Of a stretch of DNA of 64,000 nt, positions 39,250 through 50,464 are shown piece after piece (the first letter of the stretch is position 1; every line of letters starts with the position of its first letter). Made by a program: the position numbers and the translations under genes. The notes under the pieces were generated by a model. The model searched no databases and was not told the origin of the DNA. It was given only the letters and a program-made list of their open reading frames with translations. This DNA comes from Syntrophales bacterium (GTDB taxonomy: Bacteria; Desulfobacterota; Syntrophia; Syntrophales; UBA2210). The stretch is taken from the NCBI GenBank assembly GCA_963662405.2, contig CAXXKT010000001.1, forward strand, positions 2,112,001-2,176,000, read 5' to 3'.

Positions 39250-40614
39250 TTGGCACCGCAATGCAAATTCATGTTATCGGGGGGATATGAACACGTTTTG
39301 ATCAAGCAAAATCGCCTGTTTTACGGATGGATTATCGTTGCTCTCTCTTTTGTCAACCTCGGAATCATATTCGGAATCTGGTATTCGTTTTCTGTTTTCT
39401 TTGTCGCTATTCTCGATGAATTCGGGTGGAGCCGGGCGGCGACGGCCGGTGTCTTTTCGTGCTTCATGCTTGTTCATTCCGGCTCGGCGATCGTTATAGG
39501 CTCCTTTCTCGATCGTTTCGGGGCACGGGTGGTGATCCCCGTGGGGGCATGTATCGTAGCCCTCGGCCTCTTCGCTTCGAGCCGGATCGACGCGCTCTGG
39601 CAACTCTATCTGTGGTACGGGGTATTGACCCCGATAGGTGTCTGCGCCGTCGGTTTCATCGCTCACGGTATTATTCTGCCGAAATGGTTCGACCGCAAGC
39701 GCGGTCTGGCGATCGGGATAGCCATGGCGGGGATCGGTCTCGGGATGCAAGTACTCGTTCCGGCCGCGCAATTCGTCATTGCCGACTTTGGCTGGAGGAC
39801 CGCTTACTGCCTCCTGGCGGGTTTCATCCTTATCACGGTGCTGCCCCTGAATATCATTCTCCAGCGGAAGGACCCCCGAGTGGTCGGTCAGTATCCCGAT
39901 GGGGCGCATGCCGGGGAGGCGGCGAGAAATGAGTCGAAGGGAATCGGACCGTCCGAGCCTTGTCGCACCTGTTCACCCGTCATATGGACGGTGCACGCAT
40001 GCCTCCGCTCGAAACAGTTCTGGTTTCTGTGCGCCGCATTCTTCTTTACGCCCCTGGCAGTCCAGGGGACCCTCATTCATCAGGTCGCCAGTGTTGTCGA
40101 CCGGGGATTTTCAGCCGTCCAGGGGGCATTTTTCTTCGGCCTCGCCGGGATCATGGGGTCGGTGGGGAAGATCCTGTTCGGATGGCTTTCGGATCGGATC
40201 GGGCGCGAAAAGGCCTTCGGAATCGGGCTCGGGTGCGCCTTTCTAGGGGTTCTCAGTCTGATGCTGTTGAGGGCCGACTGGCCGTATCTCCTTTACGGAT
40301 ATGCTATTCTGTTCGGGCTCGGGTACGGATCGATTGCCCCGATCATCCCGGCTCGCACCGCCGATCTCTTCCTGGGACCGCATTTTGGGAAGATCCTGGG
40401 GGTCCTCTCAATCGGGGGTGGTACCGGTGGGGCCCTCGGTGTCTGGCTGAGTGGGAAGATTTACGATATCACATCGAATTATAACGCCTCGTTTATCATC
40501 TCACTGCTGTCGCTGATTGTTGCCGTTTTTCTCTTTCGATGTGCAGGAACACCGGTTGTCTCCGCAAAAAATCCCTTTATCCGCGGTAGCCGACTACTCC
40601 CGCCAATTCCTTGA
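39250..40614 (+). CDS. MFS transporter (OFA/MCT-like)
   Basis: FYGWII, FGWSRA, DRFGAR, WFDRKRGLAIG, SDRIGR; start uncertain. Confidence 0.92.
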   Translation: MAPQCKFMLSGGYEHVLIKQNRLFYGWIIVALSFVNLGIIFGIWYSFSVFFVAILDEFGWSRAATAGVFSCFMLVHSGSAIVIGSFLDRFGARVVIPVGACIVALGLFASSRIDALWQLYLWYGVLTPIGVCAVGFIAHGIILPKWFDRKRGLAIGIAMAGIGLGMQVLVPAAQFVIADFGWRTAYCLLAGFILITVLPLNIILQRKDPRVVGQYPDGAHAGEAARNESKGIGPSEPCRTCSPVIWTVHACLRSKQFWFLCAAFFFTPLAVQGTLIHQVASVVDRGFSAVQGAFFFGLAGIMGSVGKILFGWLSDRIGREKAFGIGLGCAFLGVLSLMLLRADWPYLLYGYAILFGLGYGSIAPIIPARTADLFLGPHFGKILGVLSIGGGTGGALGVWLSGKIYDITSNYNASFIISLLSLIVAVFLFRCAGTPVVSAKNPFIRGSRLLPPIP

Positions 40615-42022
40615 CGATTTGTCTTACCGACGATGCCTGGGCGGTTGTTTCCTCGCACACGGATGCCGCCTCCCGGGCGCTGTCGGCATTTGCCTGGGCC
40701 GATCGATTGATCTGTCCTACAGATGCATTGATCTGTTCGAGCCCCTGGATTTGCCTTCGGGCTACATCCGATGCCGCCTCAAGGAAACTGCTCAGCGGCG
40801 CACTCGCCGTTCCGTAATCGACAAACCTCTTGAGACTCGTTCCCACAAACCGGTTACCGCCGTTGACGACCTTGATCGTCTTGTCGATCAGTTCGATCGT
40901 TTGTTTCACCGCATCGGTTGAGCGTGTCCCCAGATTTCGCACATCCTCGGAAACGACGGAGAAACCGACCCCGGCTTCGCCTGCCGAGGCAGCTTCAACG
41001 GAGGCACTCAGCGCCAGGAGATTTGTCTGGAAGGCGATCTTTTCTATCGCCTTGACGATCCCTCCACTCTCTTCATTCGATGTCTGGATCTTTCTCATGG
41101 CCTTTTTCGCCTGTTTCAGCATTTCGAATACCTCCATGCCGAGACCGAGGGATTTCTTTGACATGTCACTCAGCGCCTCAATATCGTCGGTACCCTGGCC
41201 GATGATCGGCTTGAGCTCCTTCTCGATCACATGGGATGTGCTTTTCACCTCTTGGGCCTGTATCGATGTTCCATCGGCGAGATGGTTGCTGGAGAGGGAG
41301 ATCTGATGGGCGGCTTCGGCGAACTGATCCGAGGTCTCCGTAAGATTTTCGATGACATGGTTAACCGGGACCGTTATGGCTCGAGCAAAAAAGATCCCGA
41401 ATGAAAGGGCTATGATGAGTCCTATTACGGTAGAGGCGATGGCTATTGTCTGAAGTCGAGAGGAGCGGGCAAGGCCGTCCTTTCGCGCCTCTTCGGACAG
41501 GCGCATAGAGAGGTCCAACAGCCCGCGCAGGCGCGTTTCCGATGTGGCGAAGGAATTGCCGAGCGGTCCGGCAAGGAGGGCTGTTGCCTCCCCCTGTTTT
41601 CCGTCCCTGACCAGTTCCATGAATGTGGCATGCTGCTGCCGCCAGGTTTCCCACACCCCGGTCAGACTGTTCCATCTTGATGCCATGTCCCCTTCTTTGG
41701 GCAGGGTGTCATAGCGTTTCCGCGCCTCTTCGGCACGGGCGCAGGCTTCTTCAATCTGGGTTATAAGCCGGGTTCCACCATGATTATCCGTACCCGAAGA
41801 ATCGAGCCCCGCAAGTGAGTGATCGATCGTGCTGATCATCTGCTGACTTTTGCCGATGGTTGCGAGATACCGGATGCCCGGGAGGCGGTACTCCGAAAAT
41901 GATCTCAGGTCATCGCCAACCTGTGAAATCCCGAGTGATCCGACGAAACCGCCTATCAGGAGCAACAACCCCATTACCATGAACCCGCCGATCAGTTTTG
42001 CGCTCAGTCTCAGCCTCAACAT
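40577..42022 (-). CDS. Methyl-accepting chemotaxis protein (four-helix-bundle sensor) with divergent tip
   Basis: [37 protein letters not shown]. Confidence 0.88.
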   Translation of the reverse strand: MLRLRLSAKLIGGFMVMGLLLLIGGFVGSLGISQVGDDLRSFSEYRLPGIRYLATIGKSQQMISTIDHSLAGLDSSGTDNHGGTRLITQIEEACARAEEARKRYDTLPKEGDMASRWNSLTGVWETWRQQHATFMELVRDGKQGEATALLAGPLGNSFATSETRLRGLLDLSMRLSEEARKDGLARSSRLQTIAIASTVIGLIIALSFGIFFARAITVPVNHVIENLTETSDQFAEAAHQISLSSNHLADGTSIQAQEVKSTSHVIEKELKPIIGQGTDDIEALSDMSKKSLGLGMEVFEMLKQAKKAMRKIQTSNEESGGIVKAIEKIAFQTNLLALSASVEAASAGEAGVGFSVVSEDVRNLGTRSTDAVKQTIELIDKTIKVVNGGNRFVGTSLKRFVDYGTASAPLSSFLEAASDVARRQIQGLEQINASVGQINRSAQANADSAREAASVCEETTAQASSVRQIVKELAGVVGYRG

Positions 42023-43554
42023 GGTTGCACCTCCTCCCCACCGTGGTTGGGTATCTGCAGCACCGGTTGTCTCTCCTTGATTGTGAAAAAGGGGCGGGTA
42101 CGGGTGCCCCCTCCATTCGGAGGGTTGTTGCTTCCGTCTGTACCGATGACCGTTGCCAGCTTCTTGATATACTCTTTCATCGCCTCTGACTGAGAGGTCA
42201 TCTCCTCGGTCGCCGCCGCGCTTTCTTCGGCGTGAGCGGCATTTTCGTGCACGATCCTGTTGATCTCCTCAATGGCCCGCTCGATCTGTTTGAATGTGAT
42301 AATCTGCTTGGTGGACAGTTCCTCCGCCCGATCGATAATGGAAACAAACTGACCCGCAAAGTCTGAATATTCTCCGAATTTTGCCGCGCTGGTCTCCATA
42401 AACTCTCCGCCTTTTGAGATAGCCGTATCGGCCTCTTCAATGAGGACGTTTGTGTTTTTGGTTGCTTCCGTAGCCTGCAGCGCGAGGTTCCGGACCTCAT
42501 CGGCGACGACGGCGAATCCGGCGCCCACTTCTCCCGCACGGGCTGCCTCGACGGAGGCGTTCAGCGCCAGGAGATTCGTCTGGAAGGATATCTTTTCGAT
42601 CATGACCAGGGCTTCCGAGGTCTTTTCGCTTGATTCCTTGATTCCTCCCATCGCCTCTGCCGCGCTGATGATGTTATTGAAGGCCTCCTCACGGATGATG
42701 TCTATGTCGTGCGTTGTTTTTCGGATTGTCCGGACCTGTTCGTCGTGGGCTTGATTGACGGATGCCAGGTCTCTCATTACCTCTGACATCTTTTCCACTT
42801 CTTCCGCCTGTATCGCTGTCCCCTCGGCGAGGTGGTTGCTGGACCGGGCGATCTGATCGGCGTCTTCGGCAAACCGGGCCGCGCTATCGGTGAGTTTCGC
42901 GATGACGCGGTTGATCGGTATCGTGATGGACCGTGCGAAAAAGATCCCGGCGGCGAGGGCGATCATGATCCCTATCACGGTCCCGCCGATGGCGATTGCA
43001 TTGAGCCAGAATGCCTGTTTGAGCCCACCCCGCCCGGCTGTTTCGGAAAGCTGAACCGTAAGATCTGATAGCTCGCTCAGAAGCTTTTCAACAGTGGCGA
43101 ATGACCCTCCGGGTTGTGCGGCGATAAGGGCCGCCCCCTCTTTTTGTTTTTCTCCTTTGAGGAGTTGCATGAATTGATTCTGTTCCCGACGCCAGGTTTC
43201 CCACGCCGGCTTCAGGCGGTTCCATGTCGCTGCCACGGCCCCTTCTTTTGGGAGGGCATCATACCGCTTTCGGCTTTCTTCCGCGCGTCTCCACGCCTCC
43301 TCAAGTTTTGTAAGCGCACTGCCGCCGTTGTTCGCCGTTAACAGCCCTTTCTCCGCGTTCCGGATGATTATCTGTGATTCGGTCATAACACCGATGCTGT
43401 AAATGCCGGGGAGATGTATCTCGGAGATGTTTCTGAGTCTGTCATCAACCTTGGAAATTCCGAACGATCCGACCAAGCCGCCGATGAGGAGCAGCACCCC
43501 CATGGCCATAAACCCACCAATCAGCTTGGCGCTCAGTGTCCAATGTCGCGTCAT
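42016..43554 (-). CDS. Methyl-accepting chemotaxis protein (four-helix-bundle sensor)
   Basis: [37 protein letters not shown]. Confidence 0.92.
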   Translation of the reverse strand: MTRHWTLSAKLIGGFMAMGVLLLIGGLVGSFGISKVDDRLRNISEIHLPGIYSIGVMTESQIIIRNAEKGLLTANNGGSALTKLEEAWRRAEESRKRYDALPKEGAVAATWNRLKPAWETWRREQNQFMQLLKGEKQKEGAALIAAQPGGSFATVEKLLSELSDLTVQLSETAGRGGLKQAFWLNAIAIGGTVIGIMIALAAGIFFARSITIPINRVIAKLTDSAARFAEDADQIARSSNHLAEGTAIQAEEVEKMSEVMRDLASVNQAHDEQVRTIRKTTHDIDIIREEAFNNIISAAEAMGGIKESSEKTSEALVMIEKISFQTNLLALNASVEAARAGEVGAGFAVVADEVRNLALQATEATKNTNVLIEEADTAISKGGEFMETSAAKFGEYSDFAGQFVSIIDRAEELSTKQIITFKQIERAIEEINRIVHENAAHAEESAAATEEMTSQSEAMKEYIKKLATVIGTDGSNNPPNGGGTRTRPFFTIKERQPVLQIPNHGGEEVQPC

Positions 43555-43625
43555 TTCCCTTCCCCCTTTCGACTCGATAAGGACTTCCGTATACAGAGAT
43601 AATTCAAATACGATTTTAGTCTATG

Positions 43626-43652
43626 CTATCGGTGAATTCTGGGGATTCTTTA
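43626..43652 (-). promoter_or_regulatory. sigma28-type promoter of the tandem MCP genes
   Basis: TAAAGAAT-N11-ACCGATAG. Confidence 0.7.
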
Positions 43653-43869
43653 GGAGAAATTACCAAATATGGCCGGTTCCGTGGGTAAAACGGAGCCAGC
43701 GGAGAGGAATGAGTCTGTATTCCCCCACCCCGGTGTACCTTAGGATTTGCTTTTGGGATTACCTTCTTATATTGTCACGTATCATGGGGATAGGTGAATC
43801 TCCGAATTTTACGCCGGATGAAACGGCAAGAACTGATTCTGATATAACTGAACGTTTCGAGGGTACAGG

Positions 43870-44664
43870 ATGATTGCCTCTATTGACACCTTGAAGGATT
43901 CTTTCGTAGGTCCGCTTTCCGGCGTTTTTTTCGATATTGACGATACCCTGACGACGCGGGGGAGGGTTTCCGCACCGGCATTCGCGGCGCTCTGGAAGAT
44001 GAAAGAGAGGGGACTTCGCGTTGTCGCCATTACCGGCCGCCCCGCGGGATGGTGTGATCACATCGCGCGGATGTGGCCGATCGACGGGGTGGTGGGCGAA
44101 AACGGGGCCTTGTATTTCTGGTACGATACCGGGACGAAGAGACTTCGGAAACGATTTCTCGATACCGATGACGAACGAGCGGCAAAACGACGGCGTCTGA
44201 TATCCGTCAGGGATGAGATCCTGGCCGCCGTGTCGGGGGCCGCCGTGGCAAGCGATCAGGCCTACCGCGAATCCGACCTGGCCATCGATTATTGTGAGGA
44301 TGTCTCCCCCCTCGGGAAGGAAGCGGTCGAAGAGATCTGCGCGATATTCAAAAAACACGGGGGAATGTGCAAGGTATCGTCCATCCATGTCAATGGGTGG
44401 TTTGGGGAATACGACAAGCTGGGAATGACGAAGACCTTTGCGAAGGAGCGGTGGGGAATCGATCTGGACGAGGAAAAGGATCGATACGTTTACTGCGGCG
44501 ACTCCCCGAATGACGAACCCATGTTCCGGTACTTCCCGAACTCAGTGGGAGTCCACAACGTCCTGACCTTTGCCGACCGCATGCACTATCTCCCCGCCTT
44601 CGTGACATACGGGGAAGGAGGAGAAGGGTTTGCCGAGATGGTGGAGATTATCACCCGCCGTTGA
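43870..44664 (+). CDS. HAD-IIB family hydrolase
   Basis: DIDDTLT, ITGRP, ENG, GDSPNDEPMF. Confidence 0.92.
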   Translation: MIASIDTLKDSFVGPLSGVFFDIDDTLTTRGRVSAPAFAALWKMKERGLRVVAITGRPAGWCDHIARMWPIDGVVGENGALYFWYDTGTKRLRKRFLDTDDERAAKRRRLISVRDEILAAVSGAAVASDQAYRESDLAIDYCEDVSPLGKEAVEEICAIFKKHGGMCKVSSIHVNGWFGEYDKLGMTKTFAKERWGIDLDEEKDRYVYCGDSPNDEPMFRYFPNSVGVHNVLTFADRMHYLPAFVTYGEGGEGFAEMVEIITRR

Positions 44665-44684
44665 AGACGGTATGACCTGAACCG

Positions 44685-45782
44685 TCAGTAGACCGATTGT
44701 GTCGTATCGGCGCTGAACAGGTGCAGGTGGTTGAGGTTGATGGCGAGTGTCAGCTTTTCGCCGACTCGTATGACTCGTCTTCCCTCGCTCGTGGCGGTCA
44801 GCCGCACCCCGTTGAAATTCATGTGCATATTTGTTTCGCCGCCGAGAGGTTCAACAACTTCGACGAGTCCTTCGATCTTCCAGTCGTCGGGGAAACCGTT
44901 TTCCCCGTTGTCTATCTTGAAATCTTCCGTTCTGATCCCCATGGTCACCGCCATTCCGTCTCTGAGCCGGGCCCCTTCTTTCTCCGGGACGGGTAGTTGC
45001 AGTCTCCCGTCGAAATCGATGGTAAGGCCGGTCTCTCCACGGATGATCCGTGCGGGAACCAGGTTCATCGGAGGGCTCCCGATAAAACCCGCCACGAAGG
45101 TATTTGTCGGCTTCTGAAACACCTCGATCGGTTCCCCGACCTGTTCGATATAGCCGTCCCGCATGACGACGATCCTATCGGCGAGTGTCATTGCCTCCAC
45201 CTGGTCGTGGGTGACGTATATGATGGTCGCGTGTACCTTTTGGTGGAGCAGCTTGATCTCCGTCCTCATCTGTGTCCGGAGCTTGGCGTCAAGATTCGAG
45301 AGGGGTTCGTCAAAAAGGAAGATCGAGGGGTTCCTGACCATGGCCCTCCCCATGGCGACCCTCTGTCGCTGGCCGCCGGAGAGCTCATGAGGCTTTCGTG
45401 CAAGATACTCGGATAGCTCAAGTATATCGGCAACTTCTCCGACACGTCTTGCAATCTCCTCTTTGGGCGTCTTGTTGAGCTTCAGGCCGAAAGACATATT
45501 AGAGAAGACATTCATGTGCGGGTAGAGGGCGTAGTTCTGGAAGACCATGGCGATACCCCTGTCCTTGGGGGCGACGTCATTGATAAAGCGGCCGCCGATG
45601 TAAATCTCGCCGGCGGTGATCTTTTCCAGCCCGGCGATCATGCGCAGTATTGTTGATTTTCCGCATCCGGAGGGGCCGACGAGGACGATAAACTCGTTGT
45701 CCTCGATGTCCAGATTAACACCGTGGACGACCTCGACCTTTCCGAATTTTTTGACGACATCCCGTAACGCTACATTCGCCAT
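44685..45782 (-). CDS. ugpC: ABC transporter ATP-binding subunit (UgpC/MalK family)
   Basis: GPSGCGKST, FQNYALYPH, LSGGQRQR, DEPLSNLD. Confidence 0.9.
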   Translation of the reverse strand: MANVALRDVVKKFGKVEVVHGVNLDIEDNEFIVLVGPSGCGKSTILRMIAGLEKITAGEIYIGGRFINDVAPKDRGIAMVFQNYALYPHMNVFSNMSFGLKLNKTPKEEIARRVGEVADILELSEYLARKPHELSGGQRQRVAMGRAMVRNPSIFLFDEPLSNLDAKLRTQMRTEIKLLHQKVHATIIYVTHDQVEAMTLADRIVVMRDGYIEQVGEPIEVFQKPTNTFVAGFIGSPPMNLVPARIIRGETGLTIDFDGRLQLPVPEKEGARLRDGMAVTMGIRTEDFKIDNGENGFPDDWKIEGLVEVVEPLGGETNMHMNFNGVRLTATSEGRRVIRVGEKLTLAINLNHLHLFSADTTQSVY

Positions 45783-46140
45783 TGCAAACCCCTGGTGAGT
45801 TCTTCGGTCTGAACATCCTCGACCGTTGGCGGGCACGAAACCTCCCGCAAAGGCGCGCCCAATCTACTACGATTGTTTCAAAAATGCAATGAAGGGATAG
45901 ACGGTACCTGAGAGTGAAAAACCGGGGAGCTATATCTCTGATCGGGGATCCGGGAATCGGCGGCAGAGAGATTGTGAACGCGGAATGCGCGAGAAACTTT
46001 CCCGGGGGAGTTATTAGTGGAGTTATTCCTTGACTCGGCATAGAGAAGGAATTAAACTTTTTCAGATTTGAGGAGGTGAAATGGGCCCCGAGAACAGGCC
46101 TTGCGCCTGCTTCTTAACCAGATCTCTAGCAAGGGAGGAT

Positions 46141-47475
46141 ATGATTATGAAGATACGCAGGACGATTGTTGTTGCAGCAATTATAGCTTTTACGCTCTTT
46201 TTTGCCGGCCAGGCAATGGCAGAACCCATTACCATCAACTGGTGGCATGCCATGAAGGGCGCCCGCGGCAAGGTTGTCGATACCATGATAAAGGCCTTCA
46301 ATGACTCCCAGTCCGATTATGTGGTTGTGGGATCATATAAGGGAAATTATGATGAGACCGTGAATGCGGGAGTTGCGGCATACCGGGCCGGGAAACAGCC
46401 CCATATCCTCCAATCCTTCGAGGTCGGGACCCAGACCATGATGCTTTCAGGCGCCATTTACCCCGTGTACAAACTGATGCAGGATGAGGGGTTGAACATT
46501 GACTGGAAGGGGTACCTCCAGCCCGTCCTTTCCTACTACATGAACGCGAATGGGGATCTCATGTCGCTGCCCTTCAATTCATCGACCCCCGTCATGTATT
46601 ATAACGTGGACCTCTTCAAAAAGGCCGGTATCCCGATGCTTGACAAGACAACGCCGATCACATGGGATGAACTGGGTGAGATTGCGGCAAAACTGGTAAG
46701 ATCCGGCGTGGCCGGCGGTCTGACCTGCGGCTGGCAGTCCTGGACCCAAGTGGAAAACTACAGCGCGATACACAACATCGCCTTTGCCTCGAAGGCGAAC
46801 GGCTACGAAGGCCTTGATTGCGAACTCCTGATCAACAATCCCACGGTGGTGGCCCACATAGCCATGTTGAAGGAGTGGATGAAGGACGGACGCTTCTTCT
46901 ACGGCGGGCAGAAGTTCCAGGGACCGAAGGCCGAATTTCTCGCCCAGAACGCCGCCCTCTATATCGATTCCATCAGCGCAATTGCAAAGCTTCAGAAGGC
47001 CGTCAAAGACTTTGCATGGGACGTTGCCCCCATGCCGGTGGAATCCTGGATGAAAAATCCCCAGAACAGCATCATCGGCGGGGCTTCTCTCTGGGTGTTC
47101 ACGGGTCACGACAAGGAGGATTACAAAGGAGTGGCGGCATTTTTGAAACACCTCGGCAGGCAGGATATGCAGATATACTGGCACAAGGAGACCGGGTATT
47201 TCCCGATTACACTCGCCGCTTATGAGCAGCTCAAGAAAGAGGGATATTACGAAGAATTCCCCTATCAGGAGGTGGGAATAAAACAGCTGACGCGTCGGGA
47301 GCCGACGAAGGTCTCACGCGGTCTCCGCCTCGGCTATTTTATCCAGATCCGGAATATCATCAATGAAGAGCTGGAACTGGTCTGGAATGACACCAAGACG
47401 CCGCAAGAGGCCCTGGATAACGCCGTCAAGAGGAGCAACCAGCAGCTGCGGGAATTTGAAAAGATCTATAAATAG
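46141..47475 (+). CDS. ugpB: sn-glycerol-3-phosphate-type ABC substrate-binding protein
   Basis: WWHAM, YKGNY, FEVGT, PFNSSTP, WQSW, PQNSIIGGASLW, TGYFP. Confidence 0.9.
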   Translation: MIMKIRRTIVVAAIIAFTLFFAGQAMAEPITINWWHAMKGARGKVVDTMIKAFNDSQSDYVVVGSYKGNYDETVNAGVAAYRAGKQPHILQSFEVGTQTMMLSGAIYPVYKLMQDEGLNIDWKGYLQPVLSYYMNANGDLMSLPFNSSTPVMYYNVDLFKKAGIPMLDKTTPITWDELGEIAAKLVRSGVAGGLTCGWQSWTQVENYSAIHNIAFASKANGYEGLDCELLINNPTVVAHIAMLKEWMKDGRFFYGGQKFQGPKAEFLAQNAALYIDSISAIAKLQKAVKDFAWDVAPMPVESWMKNPQNSIIGGASLWVFTGHDKEDYKGVAAFLKHLGRQDMQIYWHKETGYFPITLAAYEQLKKEGYYEEFPYQEVGIKQLTRREPTKVSRGLRLGYFIQIRNIINEELELVWNDTKTPQEALDNAVKRSNQQLREFEKIYK

Positions 47476-47554
47476 GAAGCAGTCTTAAAGATCCGGCATG
47501 GACAACGCTTCCCCTGGTTGCGAGGGGAAGCGTTGTTTTGCGAGCGGCGAAATC

Positions 47555-48445
47555 ATGATAAAAAGATCCGTTTTTTCCTCGAGGACGCTCCCCTACCTGT
47601 TGATACTTCCACAGCTGGTGGTGACGCTTGCCTTCTTTTACTGGCCCGCTGTTCAGGGCCTGATCCAGTCGGTCATGCGGAGTGACCCGTTCGGTCAGCA
47701 CAGTACCTTCATCTGGTTCGCGAACTTTCGGGCACTCTTTACGGATCCGCTTTATCTCAAATCCATAGGAGTTACCCTTTTTTTCAGTGCCTCCGTCGCA
47801 GCCGTATCCATAGCCACGGGTCTCTTTATAGCCACGATGGCAAACCGGGCGCTGAAGGCGAAGGCCGTTGTGAGGACGCTTCTCATCTGGCCCTATGCCG
47901 TGGCGCCGGCCATATCGGGCATCCTGTGGCTTTTCCTCCTCCACCCTTCCTACGGGGTGGTCGCCTACGCGATCAAGAATTGGTTCGGTATCGACTGGAA
48001 CCCGGTCTTGAGGGGGACCGACGCGATGTTTATGATCATTATGGCAAGCGCGTGGAAGCAGATCAGCTATAACTTCGTCTTTTTTATCGCTGGAATGCAG
48101 GCGATCCCCAAGTCTCTCATCGAAGCGGCGGCGATAGATGGGGCGAGTCCCTTCCGGCGGTTCTGGACCATAACGGTTCCGCTCCTGTCACCGACGCTGT
48201 TTTTCGTAACGGTCATGAACATCATCTATTCGTTCTTCGAGACCTTCGGCGTGGTGCATATGATGACGCAGGGTGGCCCCGGCGGCGCGACGAATATACT
48301 GGTGTACAAGGTCTATCAGGACGGGTTCATCGGCCTGAATATGGGAGGGTCGGCCGCACAGTCTGTCGTGTTGATGACGCTGATCATTGTCGTTACCGTC
48401 TTGCAGTTCAAATACGTGGAGAAAAAGGTTCAATATACGGGATGA
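47555..48445 (+). CDS. ugpA: ABC permease
   Basis: FFYWPA, WPYAVAPA, WKQISYNF, EAAAIDGA. Confidence 0.9.
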   Translation: MIKRSVFSSRTLPYLLILPQLVVTLAFFYWPAVQGLIQSVMRSDPFGQHSTFIWFANFRALFTDPLYLKSIGVTLFFSASVAAVSIATGLFIATMANRALKAKAVVRTLLIWPYAVAPAISGILWLFLLHPSYGVVAYAIKNWFGIDWNPVLRGTDAMFMIIMASAWKQISYNFVFFIAGMQAIPKSLIEAAAIDGASPFRRFWTITVPLLSPTLFFVTVMNIIYSFFETFGVVHMMTQGGPGGATNILVYKVYQDGFIGLNMGGSAAQSVVLMTLIIVVTVLQFKYVEKKVQYTG

Positions 48446-48451
48446 TGACTC

Positions 48452-49372
48452 ATGGTTGAAAAGACACCGATTCTGGATACACTCACCTATATTCTCTTGA
48501 TTGCGGGGATTATCATCGTCGGTTTTCCGATTATCTACGCCGTGATCGCTGCGACGCTTCCCATTGAAGAGGTCTCCCGGGTTCCCATGCCGCTGATCCC
48601 CGGTGACCAGTTCTGGGTAAACATCAAGAGGGCCTGGGTCGAAGGCGACCTGGGAAGGCACCTGCTCAACTCCTTCATCATGGCATCCGGAATCACCCTG
48701 GGTAAGATAACGGTTTCCCTCCTGGGGGCCTTTTCCATCGTCTATTTCAGCTATCGGTTCAGAACCGTGGTCTTCGTCTCCGTCTTCTGTACCCTGATGC
48801 TTCCCGTGGAGGTCAGGATCCTGCCTACCTATGAGATGGCCGCCAATCTCCTCGGTCCCTTTCAGGAACTGTGGCGGATTTTTCATCTTGACGGTGTCGT
48901 GTCCTGGATTGTGGGCCACGATATCGAGGTGAGCCTGGAGTGGAGTATCCTGGACAGCTACACGGGGCTTATCCTGCCTCTGGTCGCTTCGGCGACCTGC
49001 ACCTTTCTCTTTCGGCAGTTTTTCCTCACCATACCCGAGGAACTCTGTGAAGCGGCCAAGATGGACGGGGCCTCGGCAATGACCTTCTTCAGAAAGATAC
49101 TGATCCCCCTCTCCAAGACAAACATCGCCGCACTCGTGGTGATCGAATTCGTCTACGGGTGGAACCAGTACCTCTGGCCTCTCCTGATTACCACGAAACC
49201 GAAGATGCTGACGGCCGTCATCGGTCTCCAGAACCTGATTCCCGCGGCGGATGACCTCCCGTTCTGGAACGTCGCCCTTGCCGGTTCCCTGCTGGTTATG
49301 CTTCCCCCGGTCCTGGTAGTTCTCTTCATGCAGCGATGGTTCGTCAAGGGACTCGTGGAAAAGGAAAAATAA
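48452..49372 (+). CDS. ugpE: ABC permease
   Basis: LMLPVEVRI, ASATCTFLFRQFF, EAAKMDGA, GWNQYLWP, MQRWFVKGL. Confidence 0.9.
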   Translation: MVEKTPILDTLTYILLIAGIIIVGFPIIYAVIAATLPIEEVSRVPMPLIPGDQFWVNIKRAWVEGDLGRHLLNSFIMASGITLGKITVSLLGAFSIVYFSYRFRTVVFVSVFCTLMLPVEVRILPTYEMAANLLGPFQELWRIFHLDGVVSWIVGHDIEVSLEWSILDSYTGLILPLVASATCTFLFRQFFLTIPEELCEAAKMDGASAMTFFRKILIPLSKTNIAALVVIEFVYGWNQYLWPLLITTKPKMLTAVIGLQNLIPAADDLPFWNVALAGSLLVMLPPVLVVLFMQRWFVKGLVEKEK

Positions 49373-49543
49373 GCTGCCCATGGTTTGTCTTGTCCCGATG
49401 CCCCACAGACCATCTCCGATATAATTTGCTTTTGTCCTGCTCTTCTTATATCGTGCGCGGTCACTGAAAGGATATAAGGGGCGGTGGGCCGGTATCTTCG
49501 TACGAAGGTACGACAAACGGTACCCCCCCGATGGTGTAAACAG

Positions 49544-50167
49544 ATGGGACTCATCAATCTTCTCGTAAAAGACCCGCTGACCTTCGTCCTCGTAGCGGTG
49601 CCGCTCCTGTATTCGATTATCCTACATGAGCTGGCGCATGGGTGGGTCGCCTGGCGGATGGGGGATCCCACGGCAAAGATGATGGGCAGGCTCAGTCTCA
49701 ATCCACTGAGGCACCTCGATCCGGTGGGGACCGTGATGCTCTTTTTCGTCGGGTTCGGTTGGGCCCGTCCCGTCCCCGTTAACTTCGCGAATCTGCGGGG
49801 GAGCCGCAGGGAGCTGATCCTGGTATCGGCCGCGGGGATCATCGTCAACACGATTCTCGCCTTCCTTTCGATTCTTCTCCTTCGGCTGTGCGCGCCTTCG
49901 GAGCAGGGTGTTCTCGGGACGGGCCTCTTCTACATGGCCCAGATCAATATCATCCTGGCTGCCTTCAATCTGATCCCGATTCCGCCCCTCGACGGCTCGA
50001 AGATCCTCATGGGGTTTCTTCCCGACCGCCTGCAGTACTCCCTCGCGCGCCTGGAGCCGTACGGGTTTTTCATCATCATCGGCCTGCTCTTCTTCGGCAT
50101 CCTCGATCCCCTCATCGATTTCTTTCGTTGGATCATCCTTATGATTATCAGTGCACTGCTGTTTTGA
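49544..50167 (+). CDS. Site-2 protease (M50)
   Basis: HELAH, GDPTA, GWARPVP, FNLIPIPPLDG. Confidence 0.94.
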   Translation: MGLINLLVKDPLTFVLVAVPLLYSIILHELAHGWVAWRMGDPTAKMMGRLSLNPLRHLDPVGTVMLFFVGFGWARPVPVNFANLRGSRRELILVSAAGIIVNTILAFLSILLLRLCAPSEQGVLGTGLFYMAQINIILAAFNLIPIPPLDGSKILMGFLPDRLQYSLARLEPYGFFIIIGLLFFGILDPLIDFFRWIILMIISALLF

Positions 50168-50464
50168 TACAGCCCCCCCCGCTGATTCCGACCGCCGGGT
50201 GCGGGTCCGTCCGTGATCCGGCTGTTTCCCCTCGCAGCACCGCATCTCTTGTAAACCGTGGCAGGACACCGACCCCTGCGGCGGATCACGCCCGTTAAGG
50301 GTAAGGCCAAACCCGTATGCCGTATAAATTGTTGCACAAAAATCCTCTCCACGGTCTTTGCAAAGATCGTGATTAATGATATGAAGAGCGTCGTAATGTG
50401 GAGCCGGTTTGCGGCGTATTTTGAAATAATCACCCTGAAAGCCATAAAAAATAGACAGGTACCT

